From Planctomycetota bacterium (lineage in GTDB: Bacteria > Planctomycetota > Planctomycetia > Pirellulales > Lacipirellulaceae), in assembly GCA_039190745.1 (NCBI GenBank), contig JBCCXZ010000053.1:1-30023 (forward strand): a stretch of 30,023 bases of DNA. Direction: 5' to 3'. A program made the position numbers and the translations under genes. Position 1 is the stretch's first letter, and every line of letters starts with the position of its first letter. The notes under the pieces were generated by a model. It made no database searches. It was not told the DNA's origin and saw only the letters and a program-made list of their open reading frames with translations. Below are positions 1 to 9,300 of this stretch, piece after piece.

Positions 1-649
1 ACTCCAAGAGCGACCAGGCGCGGGCGATGACAACGCCTTCGAGCCGCCGGACGACGCGGTCGCAAAGCTCCGGCTGCTTCGTGGCCGGGTTTTGGATCAG
101 AACCGTTTCGTACGAGCCGATCTCGTCCAGAATGCGAAGCCGGTTTGCCGCGAGGGTGCTGCCGGTTTCGACGAGGTCGACAATCGCGTCGGCTACACCC
201 AGGGCGATCATCACTTCGACCGAGCCGGTGAGCTCCACGGTGTGGGCCTTGGCGCTGTGGCCCGCGAGGTAGGTCTGCGTGACGTGCGGGAAGCTGGTGG
301 CAATACGGGCGCCGTCGAGCTGTGGCGGCTCGTTGACGCCGGAGTCGGTCGGCACGCACACCGCCAGGCGGCAGCCGCCGATGCCGAGCTTGAGGCGTTC
401 TGGGAGGTCGACCCCAGCTTCGGCCACCAAGTCGCTTCCCGTGATGCCCATGTCGATCGCTCCCTCGGCACACAGGACGGGGATGTCGTCGGTGCGGAGG
501 AAGGTGATATCGATCGGCGAATCTTTCACACGTGCAAACAAGCTCCGGTCCTGCCGGCGGAACTTGAGACCGGCGTCGCGGAGCAGTTCGGTCGTGACAT
601 CGGCGAGTCGCCCCTTGCTGGGGATGCCGATGCGGAAGTTTTCAGCCAT
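1..649 (-). CDS. hisG: ATP phosphoribosyltransferase (3' end outside window)
   Basis: Absent from the ORF track because there is no stop in the window. Manual translation from ATG 649: MAENFRIGIPSKGRL...FLRTDDIPVLCAEGAIDMGITGSD...RIATSFP...GSVE...DAIVDLVETGSTL, which are HisG motifs. Lies directly downstream of hisE. Confidence 0.96.
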   Translation of the reverse strand, partial: MAENFRIGIPSKGRLADVTTELLRDAGLKFRRQDRSLFARVKDSPIDITFLRTDDIPVLCAEGAIDMGITGSDLVAEAGVDLPERLKLGIGGCRLAVCVPTDSGVNEPPQLDGARIATSFPHVTQTYLAGHSAKAHTVELTGSVEVMIALGVADAIVDLVETGSTLAANRLRILDEIGSYETVLIQNPATKQPELCDRVVRRLEGVVIARAWSLLE

Positions 650-685
650 ATCTACCGTCGCCTATTCATCTATCGTCGCCTATTC
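650..685. repeat. 18-bp tandem duplication spanning the hisE stop and hisE-hisG spacer
   Basis: atctaccgtcgcctattc (650-667) and atctatcgtcgcctattc (668-685), 17/18 identical. Confidence 0.9.
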
Positions 686-1003
686 CGTCCGTGAGGCCTT
701 CTCTTCAATTCCCGACATGCCAAACCGCCGCGCGAGTTCCTGCTCGACCTCAGCTAGCGAGACGCCGCGTGCGGCCAGCATCACCATTGCGTGGTAGACG
801 AGGTCGGCCGCCTCGTGAACGGTGTGTTCACGCCCCGCGTCGCCCGGCTCACCGGCGGCCTCGACGAGTTCCGCCGCTTCCTCAATAATCTTCCTGCCGA
901 TCTTCTCCACGCCGCCCGCCAGGAGCTTGGCCGTGTAAGACTCGTCGGCGGAGGCCGCCTTGCGAGCCTGGATTGTGGCTTCGAGCTGGTCGAGAGGTCG
1001 CAT
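680..1003 (-). CDS. hisE: Phosphoribosyl-ATP pyrophosphatase
   Basis: 107 aa; SYTAKLL, KIGRKIIEEAAE, HEAADLVYH, ELARRFG motifs; adjacent to hisG. Confidence 0.96.
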   Translation of the reverse strand: MRPLDQLEATIQARKAASADESYTAKLLAGGVEKIGRKIIEEAAELVEAAGEPGDAGREHTVHEAADLVYHAMVMLAARGVSLAEVEQELARRFGMSGIEEKASRTE

Positions 1004-1201
1004 CGTTGGGCCTGGTGAGGCGGGGGCCGGGAAAGGGCAGCCGATCTTGGAATGCCGGTTCGGAGCGGCTGACTACAGGGCTAGCCCTCGCCGTGCGGCT
1101 AGCCCCTCAGTGTAAGCCGAGCCATTTCTGCGGGCAATCCGCTAGAGAACTTGATCAGCCGCCCGTCTAGACCCACCAGCGAAACCACCGCCAGAAGCAG
1201 C

Positions 1202-2149
1202 ATGACGAGCCAGCCTTTTGCCCACGATTGCTGGTTCCTCGCAGGCGCTACCGCCGTCGGAAAAACAGAGGTCGCCCTGCTGCTGGCCGAGCGGCTGGGG
1301 GCGGAAATCGTCTCGCTCGACTCGATGGCCGTCTACCGCGGCATGGACATCGGCACCGCCAAACCCGGACCCGACGAGCGGAGCCGCGTAGCGCACCACC
1401 TGGTCGATGTCGTCGATCCCGATGAGGAGTTTAGCGTCGCCCGCTACCTGCAGGAGGCCGAGGCGGTCGTGGAGTCGATCCGGGGCCGCGGCCGCGAAGT
1501 CTTGTTCGTGGGAGGCACGCCGCTTTACCTCAAAGCATTGCTCCGCGGCATGGAGAGCGGACCGGCTGCCGACTGGGGGCTCCGCGAGCAGCTCGAACGC
1601 GAGGTGGCCGAGGTCGGCTCCGCGGCATTGCACGAGCGGTTAGAACACCTCGACCCGATCGCCGCCTCACAGATCCACGCCAACGACACACGCCGCCTGA
1701 TCCGGGCTCTTGAGGTCTACCGGACTACCGGGCAGCCGATCAGCCACGCCCAGTTGCAGTTTGAGGACGGCCGCCCGGCGGAGGAGTGCCGCGTTTTTGT
1801 GCTCCGCCGCGAGCGGGCCCATCAGCACGATCGGATCGAGCAGCGGGTCGACAGCATGATCGAGCGTGGACTGGTTGAAGAAGTCCGCGGCCTCGCGGGC
1901 CCGCCCAGCAAGCTCGGCCGCACCGCCAGCCAGGCGGTTGGGTACAAAGACGTGCTCGAGCACTTCCGCGGCGAAACGGGCTTCGACGAGATGGTCGAGA
2001 AGATCAAGGCCCGCTCGAGGCGGTTCGCCAAGCGGCAGGGCACCTGGTTCCGCAGCCTGTCGGAGTGTCGGTTTGTCGACCTCGCTAACGACTCTGATCT
2101 CGCAGACACCGCGGCAGAAATCGCGGCAGCCGGTGCATCCGTTGGATAG
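1202..2149 (+). CDS. miaA: tRNA dimethylallyltransferase
   Basis: GATAVGKT P-loop, DSMAVYRGMDIGTAKP, VGGTPLY, RRLIRALEV, AKRQGTWFR; start placed at ATG 1202 within ORF 1151..2149. Confidence 0.97.
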   Translation: MTSQPFAHDCWFLAGATAVGKTEVALLLAERLGAEIVSLDSMAVYRGMDIGTAKPGPDERSRVAHHLVDVVDPDEEFSVARYLQEAEAVVESIRGRGREVLFVGGTPLYLKALLRGMESGPAADWGLREQLEREVAEVGSAALHERLEHLDPIAASQIHANDTRRLIRALEVYRTTGQPISHAQLQFEDGRPAEECRVFVLRRERAHQHDRIEQRVDSMIERGLVEEVRGLAGPPSKLGRTASQAVGYKDVLEHFRGETGFDEMVEKIKARSRRFAKRQGTWFRSLSECRFVDLANDSDLADTAAEIAAAGASVG

Positions 2150-2189
2150 TGTGGCCGCGACCGCTGCGCAGGTCACGATCTTCAGACGG

Positions 2190-3194
2190 CTAAGTGGAAC
2201 GGACCGCGGCGAAGTGGGTCAGCTGCAAGATCGAGGTCTTGGCCTCGCTCTCCGGCAGGTCCTTCAGCTCTGCTACCGCCTGCTCCGCGTACTGCACGGC
2301 CACCCCTCGTGCGTGGTCGAGCGAGCCGTGTTCCCCCAGCCAGGCGCTGAGCCGCTGGCGGTTCTCCGCGGTCGGCTGCTCGAGCAGTTCCTGGAGCAGC
2401 CCCCGGCGTTCCGAGGGCAGCTTGTCGCGCAGGTGGATCAGCGGGAGCGTCATCTTGTGGTTGGTGAGATCGGTCCCCAGCGATTTGCCGGCGGTCGACT
2501 CGACCCCTTCCAGGTCGAGCACGTCGTCGGCGATCTGGAACGCGACCCCGAGGGCCGTGCCGAACCGAGCAAACCGGTCGACGTCTTCCTGTTTGGCTCC
2601 GGCGTAGTGAGCGCCGAGGCGGCAACTGCAGCTGCACAGCGACGCCGTCTTAGCGTCTATTATCTCCAGGTAATCCTCGCGGCTGAGCCAGAAGTTGCCG
2701 ATCGACGCGGTCTGGCGTAACTCTCCCTCGCAGACCAGATTCGTGGCCTGCCCGATGGTCCGGCAGCCGAAGGTCGTTTCGAGCGTGCTGGCCAAATAAA
2801 AGGCGTGAGTGAATAGGTAATCGCCGAGCAGCACGCTGCTGACGTTCCCCCAGCGGGCGTTGACCGTAGCCGCGTGGCGTCGGACCGAGGCCTCGTCGAG
2901 CACGTCGTCGTGGACGAGGGTGGCGGTGTGGACCATCTCGACGACCGTAGCGAGCGTGACGTGATCGTCGTTGAGCTCGCCTACGGCTTGGCCTGCCAGC
3001 AGCAGCAGGGCCGGCCGCAGGCGCTTGCCGCCGATGCGGAAGGAATGCTGGGCCAGGTCGTCGATGAACGGGTCGTCGTGACGCAGTTCGGCCTTGAGTC
3101 GTTGGTCGACGCGCCCCAACTCTTCCGAGACGCATGCGAGGAGTTCGCGCAGCAATGTCTTCTGGGTGTCGGGGTCGGGGGGGGCCTGTGACAT
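2190..3194 (-). CDS. Trans-polyprenyl diphosphate synthase (IspB/HepT-like)
   Basis: GGKRLRP, first Asp-rich motif LVHDDVLD, LLGDYL, KTASL, second motif FQIADDVLD; start at ATG 3194 (MSQAPP); chain length cannot be determined from the sequence. Confidence 0.93.
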   Translation of the reverse strand: MSQAPPDPDTQKTLLRELLACVSEELGRVDQRLKAELRHDDPFIDDLAQHSFRIGGKRLRPALLLLAGQAVGELNDDHVTLATVVEMVHTATLVHDDVLDEASVRRHAATVNARWGNVSSVLLGDYLFTHAFYLASTLETTFGCRTIGQATNLVCEGELRQTASIGNFWLSREDYLEIIDAKTASLCSCSCRLGAHYAGAKQEDVDRFARFGTALGVAFQIADDVLDLEGVESTAGKSLGTDLTNHKMTLPLIHLRDKLPSERRGLLQELLEQPTAENRQRLSAWLGEHGSLDHARGVAVQYAEQAVAELKDLPESEAKTSILQLTHFAAVRST

Positions 3195-3266
3195 GGCTGC
3201 TGTCTCTCGCTTGTCTATCGATTGGAGCTTCTTGCTCACCACCCCGCCGGGCACGCCGCCCGAGGG

Positions 3267-3743
3267 TCATTCGTGCCGTCGGTAGTGACCGCTGCGGCCG
3301 CCGGCCTTTTCTTCCAGCCGCACCGGCCCGATCACCATGCTCCGGTCGAGCGACTTGCACATGTCGTACACGGTGAGTGCCGCCACGCTGACGGCGGTCA
3401 ATGCTTCCATCTCCACGCCGGTCTTCCCGGTACTACAGACCGTGGACTCCAAGGAGAGCACCGAGTCGCCGCGGGGTTCGATCTGGAGCTCTACCGAATC
3501 GAGACCGATCGGGTGGCAGAGGGGGATCAAATCAGCCGTCCGCTTGGCCGCCATGATGCCCGCCAGCCGGGCCACTTCAATCACGCTTCCTTTTTCCACT
3601 TGGCCCTGGAGGATTCTCTGCAGTGTTTCCTCACCCATCGTGACTTCCGCGGTTGCCCTGGCGGTGCGTTCGGTTACCGGCTTAGAGCCGACATTCACCA
3701 TGCGGGCGGCAGCGTCGTCGTCGAAATGGGTCAGCTTTCCCAC
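3267..3743 (-). CDS. moaC: Cyclic pyranopterin monophosphate synthase
   Basis: LTHFD..ARMVNV, LIPLCHP, KTGVEMEALTAVS, YDMCKS, LEEKAGGRSG. Confidence 0.98.
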   Translation of the reverse strand: MGKLTHFDDDAAARMVNVGSKPVTERTARATAEVTMGEETLQRILQGQVEKGSVIEVARLAGIMAAKRTADLIPLCHPIGLDSVELQIEPRGDSVLSLESTVCSTGKTGVEMEALTAVSVAALTVYDMCKSLDRSMVIGPVRLEEKAGGRSGHYRRHE

Positions 3744-4194
3744 GATGTCCTCCCAAGGCGAACCGGCGACTGGATATCCACTTAACTCCCGGGCTTAGTG
3801 GGTCGCCGCAGACTCGCTAGATTACCCGACTGAGCTCGGAAGGCCTAGTTGCGGTAGGTTCCACGGTCGCTTCCCGGGGTCCGCCAAAAAACTCAGCACG
3901 ACGGTGATTTGTTCGCAACATCGAGAGAAAGCCTATGGAAGTTATCCGCGTGCGCTAAGCATGCAGTCGCACGAGCACCGCGAAAACAGACGGCCAATTT
4001 CGGGAGGACGATGTCGCAAACAGGGTATTCGCACCAGCTGGACAGCCTGTCAGTAGAGCTCATCGCCCGGCAGCGCCTAACCGGGAGTCTCAAGTTGGCG
4101 CGCTCGATCTACCATTCATCAAAAAAGCCATGTGAAGCGTGGATGAAGTTCTCAATATGGGCCTCGCGGAAAGGCATAGTGCGGTCGGCAAAAG

Positions 4195-4223
4195 TTGACT
4201 GCGGCCAGTACCCGTGGTAGTCT
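4195..4223 (+). promoter_or_regulatory. Predicted sigma70 promoter with extended -10 for the cold-shock gene
   Basis: TTGACT (4195-4200), 17-bp spacer, TAGTCT (4218-4223) preceded by TGn (4215-4217). Confidence 0.6.
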
Positions 4224-4572
4224 GCCACCGCGTTAAAGGAACTCGTAGTAGAGAAGGCATCGCGAGACTGAAATCGGCATTTGGTTCGGAACCGGCCTCT
4301 CGGGCCGCTTCAGGTGAGCTGCCCGCCGATCCCCCCTCTCCTTTGGCTCCCGCTCGGCCGCCCCGCGATGCACGCTCCTTTGCGATGCAGCTTGCGGCGC
4401 ACTGGGCTCGACAGCCTCTGCCGTCCCACTGGGTTGCTTGCGCTTTTTACCGTCGTCGTTTGTCCCTGTTGGGCTGGGTCGCCCGTAAAGGACTGCCGGG
4501 CAAGCCGCCGCGTTGCACCACGGCGTGCTTGCTTTCGATTGCCAAGTTCGTTGGTGCTTGGAGAGTAGCAGA

Positions 4573-4773
4573 GTGTCGCAAGGCAAGATTAAGAAGCTGT
4601 CGGACAAGGGTTTCGGTTTCATTGAGGGTGAGAAGGGGGACATCTTCTTCCACCACTCCTCCGTAGAGACCGAAGGCGGTTACGATAGTCTCCGCGAAGG
4701 CCAACTGGTCGAGTACGTCGAGGGACAGGGCCCCAAAGGCCCCCGTGCCGAGAGCGTGAAGGTCGTCTCTTAG
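4573..4773 (+). CDS. Cold-shock domain protein (CspA family), 66 aa
   Basis: GTG start after GGAGAG (4560-4565); GKIKK..DKGFGFI (RNP1), DIFFHHS (RNP2), GPKGPRA. Confidence 0.95.
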   Translation: MSQGKIKKLSDKGFGFIEGEKGDIFFHHSSVETEGGYDSLREGQLVEYVEGQGPKGPRAESVKVVS

Positions 4774-4827
4774 GGGTTTCGCCCCTTCTGAGTCGCCGGG
4801 GAGCCGTCCCCGGCAATAGATCACAAG

Positions 4828-4864
4828 CCGCGTGCCGGTCGTCCAGCCGGCACGCGGTTTTTTT
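4828..4864 (+). terminator. Rho-independent terminator of the csp gene
   Basis: Perfect 11-bp stem ccgcgtgccgg (4828-4838) / ccggcacgcgg (4847-4857) followed by T7; two more small hairpins lie between the stop and this stem. Confidence 0.88.
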
Positions 4865-4932
4865 GTGCGCTGCCAACGACGGGCTCACTCAGTGACACAA
4901 GCCGGGAGATCGTCTGAAGTCCTGCTGCCAAC

Positions 4933-4968
4933 AAAAAAACCCCGCCGCCCACAGTTGGGGCGACGGGG
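4933..4968 (-). terminator. Rho-independent terminator of the HTH-REC gene
   Basis: A7 (4933-4939) next to stem ccccgccgccc / gggcgacgggg (one mismatch); reads as hairpin plus U7 on the minus strand. Confidence 0.8.
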
Positions 4969-5117
4969 TCTTTGGACGGGGTGGGGGCGATCGGCTCGGG
5001 AGAAGCCGCCCGCCCGGCAGTTGAATCATTCAACAGCCCCGGTGGTCTGCGGCGGTCCGCTCGGGGGGGCGGTCCAGCCGGCTGGGTCTCGCGTCAACGC
5101 GGCCGCTCAACCCAATT

Positions 5118-5690
5118 CTACACGAGTTCTTTCTTCGAGCCGATCAGGGTCCGCAAACGCTCGGCCAGCAGGGCGGCGTCGAACGGCTTCTTGAACGTCT
5201 CGTTGATGCTCGAACGATCGAAGCTAGCGGTCGTGCCGTCGTCCGGCAGCAAGGCGATCAGCACCGTGTCGGCGAAATCGCTGCTGCGACGCAGGTTCTG
5301 GCAGATCTGCAGGGCTTCGACCTGGCCGATCGAGAAGTCGACGATGATGCAGTCGGGGTGGAAGCTCTCGGCCTGGATGCCGGCTTCGAACCCGCTCGCG
5401 GCGGTCGACGTGCGGAACGACTTCTCGGCGGGCAGCTCGCGCTTCAGGTTCTCGATGAGAACCTGGTCTTGAGCGACCATCAGGACTTTGGCCATGGCCT
5501 CGTCCTCAAGGTCGCCCAGCGGCATGCCGTGTTCCTTGAGGAACTTAATCAGGTATTCGCGGGGGATCCGGCGGTCCTGAGATCCGGGGATGCGGTAGCC
5601 CTTCAGGCGCCCTGAGTCAAACCATTTGCTGACCGTGCGCGGGGCAACCTTACAGATCTTGGCGACCTGACCAGTTGTAAAGACCTTCAT
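5118..5690 (-). CDS. Excisionase/MerR-like HTH fused to an atypical receiver domain (transcriptional regulator)
   Basis: N-terminal FTTGQVAKICKVAPRTVSKWFDSGRLKGYRIPGSQDRRI winged-HTH; C-terminal REC-like (KVLMV.., PDCIIVDF, FKKPFD); GGAG at 5699-5702 on the minus strand; ATG 5690 or GTG 5693. Confidence 0.9.
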   Translation of the reverse strand: MKVFTTGQVAKICKVAPRTVSKWFDSGRLKGYRIPGSQDRRIPREYLIKFLKEHGMPLGDLEDEAMAKVLMVAQDQVLIENLKRELPAEKSFRTSTAASGFEAGIQAESFHPDCIIVDFSIGQVEALQICQNLRRSSDFADTVLIALLPDDGTTASFDRSSINETFKKPFDAALLAERLRTLIGSKKELV

Positions 5691-5977
5691 CACGGGTACT
5701 CCAAAAATGTATTGCGTTGACGCTGGTCAAGCCCTCGGCTGAGTGCCGCCGAGGGCATTGGCGCCCCTAAGAGCAAGCCGGCCGCGTGTCGGATGGGTGC
5801 TGGATTCCTTTCCGCCTGCGGGGCGTCCGACAGCCGTCACTCTCTGGGTCTGGGGCAATCCAAATTCGCATGCTGGGTTGGTTCAGGTCCTTCTGATCCG
5901 CTCCGTCATGTCCTCACCATCGGCAGTGCTTGCACTCGGAGATTGGCGGAAATCGTTAAATTAGAGAATTCGGGTCC

Positions 5978-6011
5978 ACGCCTCTCGAACCACAACGCCT
6001 CTCTAACCACA
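5978..6011. repeat. 17-bp tandem direct repeat upstream of the HTH-REC gene
   Basis: acgcctctcgaaccaca (5978-5994) and acgcctctctaaccaca (5995-6011), 16/17 identical. Confidence 0.88.
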
Positions 6012-6317
6012 ACTCCCGCGAAGCTCCCTTGGCGATGCCAACGGCGTTCTCAAAAAACGTTGGTGGGGGGAGTGCGGAGCGAGACCGTGGGACGACGGGG
6101 CGCAAAGACGCCTCGCACGCTGGTCTCTACAGGCAGGCTCCCCCCTGCTCGGACGAGTGCTCGGCGTGCCCCTTAAGCGGCCCCAATCTGGCCAAGGCAA
6201 CCCCGGACGTGCTCATCCGATAGTTAGTTTCGATTCAACGGGGGGTGCGACTTTAGAAACTTTGCCGCGCCGGCCCGGCAGGACCGGTTGTAACGGCTGT
6301 GCCGGGTGGCGGCGGGG

Positions 6318-9300
6318 TCACGCCGCGTGGCGATCCGCCGCCCCGCCCGTCTCTTCCGCGAAGCGAACCGAAACTCGCTTCGAGATGCCCGACTCGGCCA
6401 TGGTCACGCCGTAAAGCGTGTCGGCGCAAGACATGGTGCGCTTCGAGTGCGTCACAACGATGAACTGCGTCGAGGCCATGAACTCCCGGAGAACTCCGAC
6501 GAAACGGTCGATGTTGGCCTCGTCGAGTGCCGCGTCGACCTCGTCGAGGATGCAGAACGGGCTCGGCCGGCTGCGGAAGATCGCCAGCAGCAAGGCCACG
6601 CACGTCATGGTCCGCTCGCCGCCTGAGAGCAGCGAGATGCTCCGCGGCCGCTTGCCGGGCGGCTTGGCGACGATCTCGATCCCGCACTCTAGCACGTCCT
6701 GCTCCTCGTCGGTCTCGACGAGGATGTCCGCTTCGCCGCCCCCGAACAGGGTCGAGAAAAGCTCCCGGAAGTGGCCTCGGGCCGTTTCGATGGTCTCGGA
6801 AAACACCTTCCGGCTGTCGACGTTGATCCGCTGGATCAGACGCCGCAGCTTGGTCTCGGCCTCGGCGAGGTCCTGCAGTTTGGAGGCCAACTCGTTGTGC
6901 CGGTCTTCCAATTCGTCAAGTTCCGACAACGCCTCGACGTTCACCGGGCCGATGGACTGCAACCGCTCCCGAAGGGTGTTGATCTCTTCCTCCAAGGCGG
7001 CGCGCCCAGACTCCGAGACGGGCTCAGGATGGTTGTCCAACTCCTCGGGGGCGATCTGATGCTCGTCACGGAGCCCCTTCACCAACGCTGCCAGGCTGTT
7101 GTTTTGCTGCTGCAGGTTCATCTCGATCGCCTGCAGCCGCCTCCGGCACTCCTCGTAACGCTGCCGCTGCTCCTCGACGATCTCTACGGCTGCCGAATGG
7201 GCCTGGTTGGCGCTGGCGGCTTCTTCGGCAAGAGATTTCAGCTCCCGCTGGCCAGCTTCTTGGGCCGAGAACAACCCGGCAATGCGCTGGCCTTGGGAAA
7301 GCAGGTCGGTGAGCAACTGACTACGCAGGCGGCTGGCTTCGTCTACACGGGCTTGGCACTCCGAGACCGAACCGGTTCGCTCGCCGCGTTCGGCGCTCAA
7401 GTGCTCGACCCGGGCCCGGACACCAGTGCGGAGCTGATCCAAGCGCGCCAGTTCCACCCGGGAAGCGGTCAATCCGGCTCGAAGTTCTTCCGCCCGGGCC
7501 GTCAGCTCGGGGAGCTCGCTTTCCACTTGCTCAATACGCGCGTTCGCTTCGGACGCCTCTCGTTTCGCCTCTTCCAAGAGAGCGGCTAGGGCGGCTTCTT
7601 CGGCCTCCGCACTGAGGCGCTGCTCTTGAAGATCCTGGAGCGCCCGCTCGGCCTCCGCCGCGTCTGCCTTGGCTTGTCGGAGCCGCGCTTCGGCCGTGGC
7701 GAAGCGAACCCCTGCATCGGCACGCTGCGAATCCAGCGCGGAAGACCCGGTCTGGGCCGTTTGTTGCTCGTGTTCCCACTGGCGGATCGATTGGCCCAAG
7801 CTCTTGGACAAGGCGGCAAGCCGAGACCGCTCTTCGCCCATCGAACGGCAAAGCTCGCGCAGTTCGCGGAGCTCTCCTCGCCGGGAAAGCACGCCACCCT
7901 GTTGGCCGCGTGGCCCGAGCACGACGCCGCCGTCCTCGCGAACGATCTCTCCGGCCACGGTCGCGTAGTTGAGCCCCCGCCCGACGCCGTCTGCCAACCG
8001 CAGTGCGGTCTCCAGAGAGTCGACGATCCACCAGCGGCCGAGTAGCCGTTTGCCCAGTGAAGCCAACTCCTGCGGCGTCTGGACAAAAGCGTCCGCTCGG
8101 CCCACCACACCAGCCTCGGCGGAAAGGTCGAGCCGGTCGACCACGCTGGGGGCTTGCGAGACATCGAGCCGCAGCAGCGAGACGCGACCCTTCAGCCCCG
8201 CTCCGCCATTCAGCGTCGGCAGCGACCGGCCACTCTCAACCACCAAGTGGTTGGCGGCGTCGCCCAAGGCGAGCTCAACCAGGGGAGCCATGTCGGCGTC
8301 AACCCGCAGCAGGTCCGCCACCATGCCGACGACGCCCGCGGGGTTGTCGCCGCCCTCGGCGGCCTTAAGCAAGTCTTTCGCCGCGTCGTTGAGGCCGTCC
8401 ATCCGCAGTTCGAGCGCTTCGAGCACTGCCAGCCGCTGCTCCGCATCCGCGGCTTCGCTCTTCAGGCTCTCCGCCTCCTGCTGCGCCGCGGCGGCGTCGG
8501 CCCGCCCCTGACGGAGCTGCTCGTCCAGCTGGGCCCACTGAGCCGCGAGTTCCGCATGACGCTTGTCCAGCACCTGGCGCTTCCGATCGGCTTCCGAGGC
8601 GGTACCTTCCGCGTCCTCTAGGTCCGCCGCTGCTCGTTGACTCTGATCGCGACGAGACACTAAGTCTGCAGCGAGCGCGGTAACCTGCTCCCTGAGCGTA
8701 TGAAACCTGGCGAAGAGTGTCTCGCTCTCTGCCGCCTTCCGAGCTGAGAGTTCGTGGAGGGCTCCCAGCTCCAAGCGGTACTCCTCCGCTTGTCGTTCCG
8801 CAGCTTCTGCCTCGCGCTCGTGTGCTCCCTCGCGATCCTTGAGAGTATGGTAGCGCTCGTCTGCCGAGGAGAGCTCTGCCGCCGCTGCGGTCTCCGCACG
8901 CTCGAGCCCCGCGAGCTTAGCGGTTTGCGAGGCGCTCTCGCTCCGGAGACGCTGCTCGGTTGTTTCCAGTTCCCGGAGCCGCTCGAACCACGCCTGGCGG
9001 GTCGAACCGGCCGCGGCGAGCTCGGCGCCTGTTTCTGCATCGCGGGATTTTGCCGCGTCGATCGACGACTGCAAGCGGCGCGACTCCTTCTCGAGCTCCG
9101 AGAGCAACGCACGCAGGCGCAGGGTCTCGGCCTTCGCCTCGTCGTGGTACGCGGTGACGTCGTCACGCTGGTCGGTCAGCGCGGCGACGGCCCGCAAAAG
9201 CTTGGCCCGGTCGGCCGCGCCGGCTGTCGCCCGGGCGGTCCGCAGTCGTTGGGTCAACTCTCGGTAGGTCTTGGCCTTACCCGCCTGCGAGCGGACCGTC

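Noticed and set aside
27..797. Plus-strand ORFs 27..272, 92..694 and 279..797
   Set aside because: Antisense shadows of hisG/hisE; the real gene is the stop-less minus-strand frame with clear HisG motifs.
4011..4220. 69-codon ORF with GGGAGG upstream (MSQTGYSHQ...)
   Set aside because: The spacer to the ATG is only 3 nt, codon bias is weak, there is no recognisable motif, and its end overlaps the predicted csp promoter. It cannot be fully excluded without ribosome profiling.
6078..6112. gcgagaccgt...acggggcgcaaag resembling a c-di-GMP-I riboswitch
   Set aside because: Lacks GCAAAC and the GNRA loop, has no convincing second stem, and lies on the plus strand with no downstream plus-strand gene.
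6228..6255. TAAAG...CGA sigma28-like promoter on the minus strand
   Set aside because: Spacing is 2 nt too long and the -10 does not match GCCGATAA.
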